This document shows positions 1-10,391 of a stretch of 64,000 nt of DNA, one piece after another. The notes beneath the pieces were generated by a model, which ran no database searches, was not told the DNA's origin, and saw only the letters and a list, made by a program, of their open reading frames with translations. Where the stretch lies: positions 2,528,001 to 2,592,000 of the forward strand of contig CAWGRW010000009.1 in assembly GCA_963825135.1 (NCBI GenBank), written 5' to 3'. Origin of the DNA: an uncultured bacterium. GTDB taxonomy: Bacteria > Desulfobacterota_D > UBA1144 > Nemesobacterales > UBA2774. The position numbers and the translations under genes are program-made. How positions within the stretch are numbered: position 1 is the first letter of the stretch; every line of letters begins with the position of its first letter.

Positions 1-634
1 CCAGCCTCTCGGCGGCGGGCTTCATGAGTATGCAGTGGAAGGGGGCGCTCACGTCGAGCGGCACGACCCTTTTCGCGCCTTTAATTTTAGCTTCCTCGGA
101 TGCCTTCATTACGGCTTCCCTGCTCCCCGAGATTACTGTCTGACCGGGGGCGTTGAGGTTCGCCGGGCTCGCGACCCCGGAACCGACGGACACCGCTTCG
201 CATATCTCCCGGATGGCTCCGATTTCAAGCCCGAGGATCGCCGTCATAGCCCCTTCTCCGACGGGCACCGCTTCCTGCATAAACTCACCCCTTTTTCTTA
301 CCACAAAAACGGCGTCTTTGAAAGCCATCGACCCGTTCGCGACAAGCGCCGAATACTCCCCGAGGCTGTGACCGGCGACGAAGTCGGGTTTGATGCCCGC
401 TTCGCCGTCGAGGACCCTGAGGGCCGCCGTAGAAGCGGTAAGTATAGCAGGCTGGGCGTTTGCGGTCAGTGAAAGCTCGCCGGGGTCGCCTTCGAAACAA
501 AGCCGCGCCATATCGAAGCCGAGAACGTCGCTCGCCTCTTCGAAGGTCCTCTTCGCGGAGGCGAACTCTTCGTAAAGCTCCTTGCACATTCCCGTATACT
601 GGGAGCCCTGGCCGGGGAACACGAAAGCAATCAT
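1..634 (-). CDS. fabD: Malonyl-CoA:ACP transacylase (3' end runs off the window)
   Basis: Not in the ORF track. Manual translation from ATG at 634 gives MIAFVFPGQGSQY...AGHSLGEYSAL...VSAPFH, with the PGQG and GHSLG motifs. Confidence 0.95.
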   Translation of the reverse strand, partial: MIAFVFPGQGSQYTGMCKELYEEFASAKRTFEEASDVLGFDMARLCFEGDPGELSLTANAQPAILTASTAALRVLDGEAGIKPDFVAGHSLGEYSALVANGSMAFKDAVFVVRKRGEFMQEAVPVGEGAMTAILGLEIGAIREICEAVSVGSGVASPANLNAPGQTVISGSREAVMKASEEAKIKGAKRVVPLDVSAPFHCILMKPAAERL

Positions 635-665
635 CGGATTATTTCCTTAATTGACGGAGAAAACC

Positions 666-857
666 TTATGAAAGCTCTTGCTGTTTTTCTTTTATGTATG
701 TCTTGCCCTTGTGAAACCCGCAGCTGGGGCACGCCCTGTGCTGCGGTCTGTGCTCGCCGCAGTTCTTGCAAACGGAAAGACCGGGCACCGCAACTTTATA
801 GTGGGTCCTGTTTTTCCTGGACCTGGACCTGGAATGTTTTCTTTTCGGAAGTCCCAT
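666..857 (-). CDS. rpmF: 50S ribosomal protein L32 (Zn-ribbon form)
   Basis: MGLPKRKHSRSRSRKNR...CKNCG...HRACPSCG; follows yceD. Confidence 0.96.
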   Translation of the reverse strand: MGLPKRKHSRSRSRKNRTHYKVAVPGLSVCKNCGEHRPQHRACPSCGFHKGKTYIKEKQQELS

Positions 858-887
858 TTTTCATTCTCCCTGTGTCTTCTTCGTAAT

Positions 888-1400
888 TTATAGTTTCAGT
901 TTCTTGAGCACGGCGAACCTGGGGTCTTCCCATTGCTTCTCGCAGTCGCAAGATTCTCTGTTCAAATTGGCCCCGCATTTCGGGCACAGACCCCTGCAGT
1001 CCTCGCCGCAGACGACCTTTACCGGCAGCGAAACGGCAATGAGCCCTCTTAAGTAATCATCGAGGTCGACCTCGTCCCCCCTGTAGGTCTCGTGATCGAT
1101 GTCACCGACGTCTTTGACCTTGTCGGCCGGTGAAAGCATGAGCCTTATCTCGGGCTTTATATCGAGCCTTACCGTATCAAGGCATCTGGAGCACGGGGCC
1201 TCTATGGAAAAAGAGAGATTCCCCAGCACCGTGACTTCCCTGAGCGCCTTGGTCAGCACCAGGTCCACATCTATATCGGATGCGAGCCTGGTGTTCTCCT
1301 CGCCCGACTGCAGCTCCGGAATATTATCGAGCCACCCGGGACTCATGCGCGTATGAATGTGGAGCCCCTCGTCCCTGATATCCGATACGCTGATTTTCAT
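888..1400 (-). CDS. yceD: YceD/DUF177 family protein
   Basis: CSRCL and CGEDCRGLCPKCGANLN...DPRFAVLK motifs; upstream of rpmF. Start taken at MKISV. Confidence 0.92.
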   Translation of the reverse strand: MKISVSDIRDEGLHIHTRMSPGWLDNIPELQSGEENTRLASDIDVDLVLTKALREVTVLGNLSFSIEAPCSRCLDTVRLDIKPEIRLMLSPADKVKDVGDIDHETYRGDEVDLDDYLRGLIAVSLPVKVVCGEDCRGLCPKCGANLNRESCDCEKQWEDPRFAVLKKLKL

Positions 1401-1497
1401 TGCCCCGACCCTTGTCAAATAACTATTTAAAATTAACGGGTCTAAATAATAATACAAGATGAGAGGTTTGCAAGTAAAACTTGAAAGCCGGGGGATG

Positions 1498-2466
1498 TCA
1501 GGCGAGATGGCAGGAGACCAGGTGTCCCCCTCCCGCGTCCCTGAGCTCGGGAGTGACGGAGCCGCACTTTTCGACCGCTATGGGGCAGCGGGGATGGAAG
1601 CTGCAGCCGGAGGGAGGGTTTATGGGGCTCGGCACATCCCCCTTGAGCACTGTCATTTTTCTCTTCTTTTCCGGGTCAGCTACCGGGACGGAGGATATAA
1701 GTATGCGGGTATAGGGGTGCAGCGGGTTCTTGTAGAGCTCTCCGCTCGGGGCGAACTCCACTATCTTCCCCAGGTACATGACCGCCACCCTGTCGCTTAT
1801 GTGACGCACCACCCGGAGGTCGTGGGATATAAAGAGGTAGGTGAGCCTGAATCTTTCCTGAAGCTCTATGAAAAGGTTGATAATCTGGGCCTGTACGGAG
1901 ACGTCGAGCGCCGATATGGGCTCGTCGCAGACGACGAACTCGGGGTTGAGCGCGAGCGCCCTCGCGATGGCTATCCTCTGCCTCTGCCCCCCGCTGAATT
2001 CGTGGGGGTAGCGCGACAGGACGTCTTCCCGGAGCCCGACCGTCCGCAGGAGCTCGCGGACAATGCCCCTTCTTTCGCCGGGCGAGGAGATGCCGTGTAT
2101 TACGAGCCCTTCCGCTACTATGCTCTCGACCTTCATCCTGGGGTTAAGCGAGCCGTAAGGGTCCTGGAAGACTATCTGCATCTTTTTTCTGTAAGCGCGC
2201 ATACCGGAGGGGGCGAGCTTGGTTATATTGTTCCCTTCAAAGAATATTTTGCCGTCCGTGGGCTCAAGGAGCTTGATTATCGTCTTTCCGAGCGTGGTCT
2301 TGCCGCATCCGCTCTCCCCGACGAGTCCGACCGTCTCGCCTTCGGATATCGTCATGTCCACGCCGTCGACGGCCTTGACGAAGTTGGTAACCCTCGAGAG
2401 GACCCCTGACTTCACGGGGAAGTATTTTTTTATTCCTTCCAGTTTAAGAATCTCTTTTAGCGGCAT
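1498..2466 (-). CDS. oppF: Oligopeptide/dipeptide ABC transporter ATPase (OppF/DppF-like)
   Basis: [20 protein letters not shown] and C-terminal [11 protein letters not shown]. Confidence 0.92.
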   Translation of the reverse strand: MPLKEILKLEGIKKYFPVKSGVLSRVTNFVKAVDGVDMTISEGETVGLVGESGCGKTTLGKTIIKLLEPTDGKIFFEGNNITKLAPSGMRAYRKKMQIVFQDPYGSLNPRMKVESIVAEGLVIHGISSPGERRGIVRELLRTVGLREDVLSRYPHEFSGGQRQRIAIARALALNPEFVVCDEPISALDVSVQAQIINLFIELQERFRLTYLFISHDLRVVRHISDRVAVMYLGKIVEFAPSGELYKNPLHPYTRILISSVPVADPEKKRKMTVLKGDVPSPINPPSGCSFHPRCPIAVEKCGSVTPELRDAGGGHLVSCHLA

Positions 2467-2473
2467 ATCGCAC

Positions 2474-3451
2474 CTAAATGGTAACCTCGTCCGCCCGCCA
2501 GCACGCGGAGTAGTGTTCCCGCGCGCGCTCCGCGAGCGGGGGCTCCTCTCTCCTGCATTTGTCTATTACGAGCGGACACCTGTCCTGGAACCTGCACCCG
2601 ACGGGGAAGCTGTCCGGGCTCGGCACAGTGCCGGGAATGGCGTCGAGCCTTGCCTTACTCTCCCTGAGATCGGGTATGGAGTTTAGGAGCCCGACCGTAT
2701 AAGGGTGCTTCGGATTCTTGAACAGCTCCATGGTAACCGCGTGCTCGACCACCTTCCCCGCGTACATCACGTACACGGTGTCGGCCACCTCTGCGATTAT
2801 CCCGAGGTCGTGAGTTATGAGGAGGACCGCCATCCCCATCTTGACCCTGATGTCGTCTATGAGCTCGAGGATCCCCGCCTGTATCGTGACGTCGAGAGCC
2901 GTCGTGGGCTCGTCCGCGATGAGCACTTCGGGGCCGCAGGCAAGAGCCATGGCTATCATGACCCTCTGCGACATCCCTCCCGACAGCTCGTGCGGGTAGT
3001 TTTTGACCCTGCTCTCGGGGTCCGGTATCCCCACGAGCCTGAGCAGTGCGACTACCCTTTCTTTCTCTTCCTTCCTTGAAATGTTTAAATGAGTCCTGAG
3101 CGCCTCCCCCACCTGGTCCCCTACGGTGAAGACCGGGTTAAGGGAGCTTATGGGCTCCTGGAATATCATGGAAATCCTGTTTCCCCGGAGCGCGCGCATG
3201 TCCCTCTCCGTGTAATCGAGTATATTGGCGCCGTCGAACAATATCTCGCCCCCATCTATCCTGCCCGGGGGCTCGGGGATGAGGCGCATTACCGAAAGCG
3301 CCGTGACGGTCTTGCCGCAGCCGCTCTCCCCGACGACGCCTACGATCTTGCCCTGCGGTATCCTGAGGGTCACGCCGCTTACGACCTCCACCCTCGTCCC
3401 CTCGCTTGCGAACGATACCCTCAAATCCTTTATCTCGAGCGCGTTATCCAT
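2474..3451 (-). CDS. oppD: Oligopeptide/dipeptide ABC transporter ATPase (OppD/DppD-like)
   Basis: [25 protein letters not shown] and GCRFQDRCP. Confidence 0.92.
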   Translation of the reverse strand: MDNALEIKDLRVSFASEGTRVEVVSGVTLRIPQGKIVGVVGESGCGKTVTALSVMRLIPEPPGRIDGGEILFDGANILDYTERDMRALRGNRISMIFQEPISSLNPVFTVGDQVGEALRTHLNISRKEEKERVVALLRLVGIPDPESRVKNYPHELSGGMSQRVMIAMALACGPEVLIADEPTTALDVTIQAGILELIDDIRVKMGMAVLLITHDLGIIAEVADTVYVMYAGKVVEHAVTMELFKNPKHPYTVGLLNSIPDLRESKARLDAIPGTVPSPDSFPVGCRFQDRCPLVIDKCRREEPPLAERAREHYSACWRADEVTI

Positions 3452-3475
3452 GTCCGTGTCTTCGTTCTCTTCCCG

Positions 3476-4480
3476 TCATTGGTTACCCGTAAATTTGGGG
3501 TCTATCGCGTTCCTGAAACCCTCTCCCAGGAGGTTGAAAGCGGTCACCGTTAGAAATATAGCCGCGCCCGGAAATAGGACAAGCCACCACGCGAAATCCA
3601 CGTACCTCTGGGACTGAGAGAGCACGTCCCCCCAGCTCGGGTCCGGAGGGGGCACGCCGAACCCCAGAAAGCTGAGCCCGGATTCGACAAGTATCGCCCC
3701 TGCAATCCCGAATGTAGAGTCCACGAGCACGGGGGCGAGCCCGTTCGGAAGCATGTGCTTCATCATGACCCTCAGGTCGCTGCCGCCTAACGCGACCGCC
3801 GCCTCGACGTATTCGTATTTCCGGAGCTTTAAGAACTCTCCCCTTATCAGACGCGCCACGCCCGTCCAGCTGGTGGCCCCTATCACTATCATTATGTTAT
3901 ATATGCTCGGGTCTCTGAAAGCGAGTATGGTCAGTATGAGGAAAAACACCGGGAACGTCATCATCACCTCGAAGAGGCGCGATACTATAAAATCTGTCGT
4001 CCCCCCGTAAAAACCTGCGATGCCGCCCAGTATTATTCCGATTACCGCCGATATGCCGACCGCTATGAACCCTATCGAGAGCGATATCCGCGCCCCGTAA
4101 ATCATCCTGGACAGAACGTCCCTCCCCCTGTCGTCCGTGCCGAAGAGGTGCTCGCCCGAGGGCGGGTCCAGTATGGCCATGAGGTTATTTTCCGTGGGGC
4201 TGTATCTGACCGGCGGGAACACTGCGAAGTCCCCGGGCGCGAGCTTTTTGTCGAGGTCCTTAAAATCCGTCTCGAAGAACTCACTGTAGCGAAAGAGCAC
4301 CGGGAAATAATAATGACCCTCGTACCTGAGCACTATGGGCTTGTTTCCGGCGAGAAAGCTCTCGAATACGGCTACGAATACCAATAGAAGTATAACGATA
4401 AGGGCTCCCAGCGCCATCCTGTCCCTTTTGAATTTCCTCCAGACGCTCCCCCAGTATCCGACGCTCTTTTTCTCCGTCAC
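3476..4480 (-). CDS. oppC: Peptide ABC transporter permease (OppC/DppC-like)
   Basis: HLFGTDDRGRDVLSR, EAA loop, multiple TM segments. Confidence 0.92.
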   Translation of the reverse strand: MTEKKSVGYWGSVWRKFKRDRMALGALIVILLLVFVAVFESFLAGNKPIVLRYEGHYYFPVLFRYSEFFETDFKDLDKKLAPGDFAVFPPVRYSPTENNLMAILDPPSGEHLFGTDDRGRDVLSRMIYGARISLSIGFIAVGISAVIGIILGGIAGFYGGTTDFIVSRLFEVMMTFPVFFLILTILAFRDPSIYNIMIVIGATSWTGVARLIRGEFLKLRKYEYVEAAVALGGSDLRVMMKHMLPNGLAPVLVDSTFGIAGAILVESGLSFLGFGVPPPDPSWGDVLSQSQRYVDFAWWLVLFPGAAIFLTVTAFNLLGEGFRNAIDPKFTGNQ

Positions 4481-5478
4481 CTTCTGCCCTCGAAGCTGAT
4501 CCTCGGGTCGATGAGCACGTAAACGAGGTCAGATATAAGGATTCCGATAAGGGTTAGGAAAGCGGATATGGTGGCGATAGCCATAATCATCGGATAGTCG
4601 CGGGCGAGCACGGACTCGAACCCGAGCTGCCCTATGCCGGGTATGGAGAAGATGGTCTCGATTATGACGCTCCCGCCTATCATGGCGGGGAGTATCCCGG
4701 CCAGTATCGTGATAATCGGTATGAGCGCGTTCCTGAGCGCGTGCTTGAGGAGCACCTTGGACCGCGGCAGCCCCTTGGCGGTGGCCGTCCTCACGAAATC
4801 CTCCCTGAGGACCTCCATCAGGCTCCCCTTCTGGAACCTCGAAAGGTAAGCGAGGCTCCCGTACGTGAGGCAGAACACGGGCAGCACTATGTGCCAGAGG
4901 AAATTCGCCGCTTTCTCTATGAATGGGTAGTTCTCCGCCCCCGGCGAGAGAATTCCGTAAACGGGGAAGACGTTCCAGTACTCGCCCCCGCCCAGAAAGA
5001 ATATAAGTATCATGGCCATCCAGAAGCTCGGGATCGAGTAGAGTATGAAGAGGAAGAACGTGCTCGCCCTTTCTCCGGGGCTCCCGTGCCTTACGGCGGA
5101 ATACACCCCTACCGGTATGGCGATTATATATATGAGGAAGATCGATATTACGTTGAGCGTAATCGTGATGGGCAGCCGCTCGGCAATTTTGTCTATGACG
5201 GGGCGGTGGTCCTTATACGACCGGCCGAAGTCAAGCGTGACAATCTGCTTGAGCCATATCCCGTAGCGGATGTATATCGGCTTGTCGAGGCCGTAGAGCT
5301 TCTTCGTCTCCTCGACTATCTCCTTCGTTATGGCCTCGGATTTTATCCCCTCGTCCAGCTGGAGCTTCCTTTCGACGGGGTTTCCGGGGGCGAGCTGTAT
5401 TATAAAGAAGGTGATTACCGTTATGCCCAGCATTGTGGGAATAAGGAGCAGGAGCCGCTTTATGATGTAGTCTCTCAT
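4477..5478 (-). CDS. oppB: Peptide ABC transporter permease (OppB/DppB-like)
   Basis: YIIKRLL...APGNP, KHALRNALIP, RDYP...IDPRI. Confidence 0.92.
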   Translation of the reverse strand: MRDYIIKRLLLLIPTMLGITVITFFIIQLAPGNPVERKLQLDEGIKSEAITKEIVEETKKLYGLDKPIYIRYGIWLKQIVTLDFGRSYKDHRPVIDKIAERLPITITLNVISIFLIYIIAIPVGVYSAVRHGSPGERASTFFLFILYSIPSFWMAMILIFFLGGGEYWNVFPVYGILSPGAENYPFIEKAANFLWHIVLPVFCLTYGSLAYLSRFQKGSLMEVLREDFVRTATAKGLPRSKVLLKHALRNALIPIITILAGILPAMIGGSVIIETIFSIPGIGQLGFESVLARDYPMIMAIATISAFLTLIGILISDLVYVLIDPRISFEGRR

Positions 5479-5633
5479 GTCCGGGTCAAAGGGAATTATA
5501 TGCGGTTATCGGGAAAATATTAAGCGCGGAATATAAAACGGCGCCCGAAGTCCCCGCCCGGCTTAAAATTATACGGGTATTCGGGAATGAATCTCCTCTC
5601 AACTGCAGGCGGTTCAGCAGTCCGTTCCCTGCG

Positions 5634-7307
5634 TCACTCCGTATATTTCTGAAGCCCTTGAGGCACGTACCATTCCAGGGGGTCTACGCCCAGGGGATAG
5701 ACTATGACGTTCTCGAACCGTTTGGCGACGGCGACGGTCGCCTTTCTGCAGAAGAGGAACGTATAGGGCTGCTCGTCGTTTACGATCTCCGAGAACTTTC
5801 TGTATAGCTCTATCCTCTTTCTGTCTGTCGAACTCCTGGCGCGCCTGCTCGATTAATCTGTCGGCCTCGGCGTTCTTGAACCCGACGAAGTTGGAGCCGC
5901 TCTCGGCCTGTGTCGAGCTCCATATCTGGTAGGGGTCCGACTCTACCCCCATCGACCAGGCGAGCGTCACGGCGTCGAACTTCCTTTCGTTTAACCTCAT
6001 CGTGAATACGGCCCACTCGGTCTTGCGTATGTCCATCGCTATCCCCACGTGGTCGAGCTCTTCCTTGAGAATTGTCGCTATCTTTTCTCCCGTCTCGGAG
6101 CCGCCGGGTATGAGGAATTCGAAAGCGAACTTTACGCCGTCCTTGTCCCTTATGCCGTCCCCGTCGTGGTCTGTCCATCCGGCCTCGTCGAGGAGTCTTT
6201 TGGCCTCCGCCGGGTCGTAGGAAATGGGCTTTATGTCCTTATCGTACTCCGGGCTGTTGATGTAAAAGGGGTTCGTCACGACGGCCCCCAGGTTAAACAT
6301 TATCTTCTCGAGGATGAGCTCCCGGTTTACCAGGTGCGTCATCGCGGTCCTTACGCGCTTGTCCGAGAAAAAGGGCCTCGCCGAATTCCAACCTATGTAG
6401 CTGTAGTTGGGAGTGTAATAACTATACTTGTCGAAGTGCTTTTCAAAATCAGGGGAGCTTGTCTGCTTCTCCCATTGTATGGGGGTGAGGCTCGCGATGT
6501 CGAGCTCCTGCCGTTTCAGCACCTGGAGCGCGACCGAAGGGTCCGTGATTATCCTGAACACGATCTTATCGAGGTGAGGCTTTTTTCCCCAGTAGTCGTT
6601 GTTCTTCTCGAGCACCACTTCCCTGCCCGTAGTCCACTTGACGAACCTGTACGGGCCCGTGCCCACCGGGGCCCTCCCCGCGGGATTGGTGTTGAAGTCC
6701 CCCTTCTCGAATATGTGCTTCGGCACTATGGGGATGCCGCCGCAGAATTCGAGCGCGAGGAAGTAGGGCCTCGCGTAAGTGAACTTGACCGTATGCTCGT
6801 TCAATCGGCCTCGACGTTCTTTATCTCCTGGTAGTAGCTCCTTAGCTGGGGGGCGTCGACCTTGGGGTCCATTATCGTCTTGTACGAGAACACTATGTCG
6901 TCAGCCGTGAAAGGGACGCCGTCCTGCCATTTTACGCCCTTTTTTATCGTGAACGTGTACGTGAGCTTGTCGTCCGATATGGTCCAGGACTCGGCCAGAA
7001 GCGGTTTCAATTCGAGGGATTTGTTGTCGCGCTTGACGAGGGTCTCGTAGATATTCCCGCCAGTGATTATCCCCTCGTACGCGTCCGTCGCCGTTATGGG
7101 GTTGAGCGTAGCGGGCTCCGCGCCCAGGTGGTAGATGAGCCAGTCGCCGTCGGCCGGCTCAGGCGCGGGGTTGTCCGGGGCTCCGGCGGATGTCTTTTTC
7201 TCCCCGGAGGCGGGTTCCGTCGCTTCATCCCGCGACTTGCACGAGATCAGAGCGGATATCAGGGCTATAGAAAGGACGGCGAAGAGGAAAGTTCTTTTCA
7301 ATTTCAT
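5634..7307 (-). pseudogene. oppA: Peptide ABC transporter substrate-binding lipoprotein (OppA/DppA-like) with two frameshift sites; probably sequencing indels
   Basis: Lipoprotein N-terminus (ORF 6801..7307) and family-5 SBP core (ORF 5614..6804, PVGTGPY). The natural C-terminus KRIELYRKFSEIVNDEQPYTFL...QKYTE* lies in another frame and ends at 5634. Confidence 0.85.
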
Positions 7308-7333
7308 CTCCTTATTTTGTACTCTTTCGTGAA

Positions 7334-8095
7334 TTAATCGTTGCCGGGTTTGTCGAGCTTCCTGAGAAGAGGTGTAATTAGGTCTATAGGAAGCGGGAAT
7401 ACTATCGTCGTGTTCTTTTCCGAGGACATTTCGAGCAGCGTCTGGAGATATCTCAGCTGTAAAGACATCGGATTACGGGACAGAATATCGGATGCGTCGG
7501 CGAGCCTGGTCGCGGCCTGGTATTCGCCCTCCGCGGAGATGACCTTGGCCCGCCTCTCCCTCTCCGCCTCCGCCTGCTTGGCCATGGCGCGCTGCATCTC
7601 CTGGGGGAGGTCGACATACTTAACCTCTACGAGAGTGACTTTTATTCCCCAGGGGTCGGTATGCTTGTCGAGCACCTCCTGGAGCTTCATGTTGAGGGTC
7701 TCCCTCTCGGCCAGGAGCTCGTCGAGCTCCACCTGCCCGAGTATGCTCCTTAGCGTGGTCTGCGCGAGCTGGGAGGTGGCGTAGAGGTAATTTTCAACCT
7801 GTATCACCGCCTTCACCGGGTCGACGACGCGGAAATATACGACGGCGTTCACCTTGACCGAGACGTTGTCCTTCGTGATTATGTCCTGGGGCGGCACGTC
7901 CATCGTGATCACCCGGAGGCTTATCTTTATCATTTTATCCACCATCGGGATTATCCACTTAAAGCCGGGCCCCTTGGGCTCTACTATCCTGCCCAGCCTG
8001 AATACCACGCCCCTCTCGTACTCGTTCAGTATTCTTACTCCGGACAGTATCAGCAGCACTAAAATTCCGACGAATATTATTAGCGGTGAAAACAT
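7334..8095 (-). CDS. SPFH/stomatin (slipin) family membrane protein
   Basis: [42 protein letters not shown]. Confidence 0.95.
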   Translation of the reverse strand: MFSPLIIFVGILVLLILSGVRILNEYERGVVFRLGRIVEPKGPGFKWIIPMVDKMIKISLRVITMDVPPQDIITKDNVSVKVNAVVYFRVVDPVKAVIQVENYLYATSQLAQTTLRSILGQVELDELLAERETLNMKLQEVLDKHTDPWGIKVTLVEVKYVDLPQEMQRAMAKQAEAERERRAKVISAEGEYQAATRLADASDILSRNPMSLQLRYLQTLLEMSSEKNTTIVFPLPIDLITPLLRKLDKPGND

Positions 8096-8118
8096 AATTA
8101 CCTCCTCGGCAAATTGAT

Positions 8119-9537
8119 TCAGATCTTTTTTACTTTAAGCTTGAACCCCGAAAGCGCTTCCGTGACCCTGACCCTGTCCCCCTTTTGCACCGGCTCGTCG
8201 CTTACGGCGTCCCAGTATTCGCCGTCGATGAAGACCTTGCCCGCGGCGTGAATTTCCGAAACCGCGCCGCCCTCTTTCCCTACGAGCCCCTCGTACCCCA
8301 TGCCGGGCGATAACCTCTGCGCCTTGATCAAATAGAATATCACATATGCGAAGAAGAGTCCGAAGGCGAGCGTAGAGGCGATCACGGAATCAAACCCGAC
8401 CCTCACATCGGACTCGGGGGTGTCGAAAAGAAGAAGAGCCCCGAGGGCGAAGCTTATGAGCCCGCCCAATATCAGCACGCCGTAGCTCGTGACGTAGATT
8501 TCGGCTATGAAGAGCGCTATGCCGAGGACGAGAAGCGCTATGCCCGCGTAGTTAAAAGGGAGTATCTGGAAAGAGACGAACCCCATGATCAGGCACACGG
8601 CCCCGGCGACTCCGGGGAAGACGAGGCCCGGGTGGTAGAATTCGAGGAGCAGGCCGAGCGAGCCCAGGGACAGGAGGAGGAACGCTATATCGGGAGTGCT
8701 CAGAATGTCGATGAGCCTCTGCTTGGCGTTCATCGGGATTCTCGATATTACGGCCCCTGTCGTGTGAAGCGTCTTTTCGGCGCCGGGCAGTTTCACCTCC
8801 CTTCCGTCTATATCTTTAACGAGGCCGTCGAGGTCGGGGGCGATCAAGTCGATGACGTGCATCCTGAGCGCCTCGGTCGATGTGATGGAGGAGCTTTTCC
8901 TCACGGCCTGCTCCGCCCACTTCACGTTCCTGCCCCTCTCCTCGGCGATGCTTTCGATAAAGGACGAGGCGTAGTTCTCGAGCTTCTCCCCCATGATGTC
9001 CTTCGCCGGACCATCGCCAGGCGGATTGCCTGCTCTTTTAACGGGCGTGTTATCCCCGCCGTTATTCCCTTCCTGTCCGTCCTTTCTGCCGGGCTCCTCT
9101 CCCGACGGTTCGAGCGAGACCGGGTGGGCCGCCCCTATGCTCGTGCCGGGGGCCATCGCGGCGATATTCGCCGAGAGCGTGATGAATACGCCCGCCGAGG
9201 TCGCGGAAGCCCCCTTGGGAGAGACGTAAACGACTACGGGGACGGGGGAGTTGAGTATGAGTTTCACGATCTCCTTCGTGGAGTTGAGCAGCCCTCCGGG
9301 GGTGTCGAGGAGGATTATCAGCGCCTCCGCGGATTTTCCCTCCGCCTCGTCTATTCCCGTCCGGATGTAATCGAGCGCTGCGGGGTTGATCATTCCGTTT
9401 ATTTCTATTACGACTATTCCGGGAGAGGGTTCTTTGCCCGCGGGCGCAGATTCGGCCAGCGGGTAGGCCTCATTAATGTTTATCGGCGACAGATAAAATG
9501 ACAGTGTTATTAATATTAAGGGGATTAGCCTGATCAT
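8119..9537 (-). CDS. nfeD: NfeD long-form membrane-bound serine protease
   Basis: [23 protein letters not shown] region, C-terminal OB fold (GEYWDA); adjacent to SPFH gene. Confidence 0.93.
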   Translation of the reverse strand: MIRLIPLILITLSFYLSPININEAYPLAESAPAGKEPSPGIVVIEINGMINPAALDYIRTGIDEAEGKSAEALIILLDTPGGLLNSTKEIVKLILNSPVPVVVYVSPKGASATSAGVFITLSANIAAMAPGTSIGAAHPVSLEPSGEEPGRKDGQEGNNGGDNTPVKRAGNPPGDGPAKDIMGEKLENYASSFIESIAEERGRNVKWAEQAVRKSSSITSTEALRMHVIDLIAPDLDGLVKDIDGREVKLPGAEKTLHTTGAVISRIPMNAKQRLIDILSTPDIAFLLLSLGSLGLLLEFYHPGLVFPGVAGAVCLIMGFVSFQILPFNYAGIALLVLGIALFIAEIYVTSYGVLILGGLISFALGALLLFDTPESDVRVGFDSVIASTLAFGLFFAYVIFYLIKAQRLSPGMGYEGLVGKEGGAVSEIHAAGKVFIDGEYWDAVSDEPVQKGDRVRVTEALSGFKLKVKKI

Positions 9538-9673
9538 GCCCTCGCTCCCGGTTTAGTTTAGCCCCGCGGGCGGTAAACCGCAAGGAAAAGCCCCCGCCTG
9601 GGTGCGCGCCCGGGGCGGGGGGAAGGGTCGAAATAACCTTGTAATTCCGATACCTCTGATTATAATTCTCCCC

Positions 9674-10354
9674 ATGGCTACGAAAATTAAATACACGCGG
9701 AAAGAGCTCAAGGGCCCGGATAAGTTCAGCAGCACGGTCATCGCGGGCTTCGAATATTTTTCCGATCACTCGAAAAAAATAGTACTGGTGGTGGCGGCCG
9801 TGATCGTGGTGCTCGTCGCCGCTTACGCTATAAACCGTCACGGCGAAGGGAACCAGGACAAAGCGGCCATGATGTTCACGGGCGCGGTTGAAAAATATAA
9901 CGCGGGAGATCTAAACGGGGCGGTCTCGGAGTTCCTTTCGTTAAAGAGCGCATACCCTGACGCCAAAATAACGAAAATCGCGCTCTACTACGCGGGGCTT
10001 ATTAATTTCAAGCTCGGGAAATACGACGAGTCCATAAACGAGCTCGATGAATTTCTGAATTCCGGCGTCAAGGAAGACATGCTTAACCAGTCGGCGCTTC
10101 TGACCCAGGGGCTCGCGAGGTTCGAACAGGGCAACTGGCAGCAGGCGGTCGAGTTCCTTTCGCAATTCCAGAAAATGCCAGATGGACCTTTACGGGACCG
10201 GGCAAACGTCCATCTGGCCATGGCGTATGAAAAGATGGGGCAGCCGCAGAAGGCGAAAGAGATATACAGGGAGATGAATAAAGCCTCTTCCGGCATGAAC
10301 CGCGGCCTGCCGCCGGTCAGCGTCAACACCTCTTCGGCAAAAAAACAGAACTAG
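9674..10354 (+). CDS. Membrane-anchored tetratricopeptide repeat protein (YfgM-like)
   Basis: Basic N-terminus (TRKELKGPDKF), one TM segment, TPR-like helices. TATAAT lies at 9661, 7 nt before the ATG. Confidence 0.75.
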   Translation: MATKIKYTRKELKGPDKFSSTVIAGFEYFSDHSKKIVLVVAAVIVVLVAAYAINRHGEGNQDKAAMMFTGAVEKYNAGDLNGAVSEFLSLKSAYPDAKITKIALYYAGLINFKLGKYDESINELDEFLNSGVKEDMLNQSALLTQGLARFEQGNWQQAVEFLSQFQKMPDGPLRDRANVHLAMAYEKMGQPQKAKEIYREMNKASSGMNRGLPPVSVNTSSAKKQN

Positions 10355-10391
10355 TTTCGGCTATTGCGACACGGGGGAACAGGGGTGAGGA

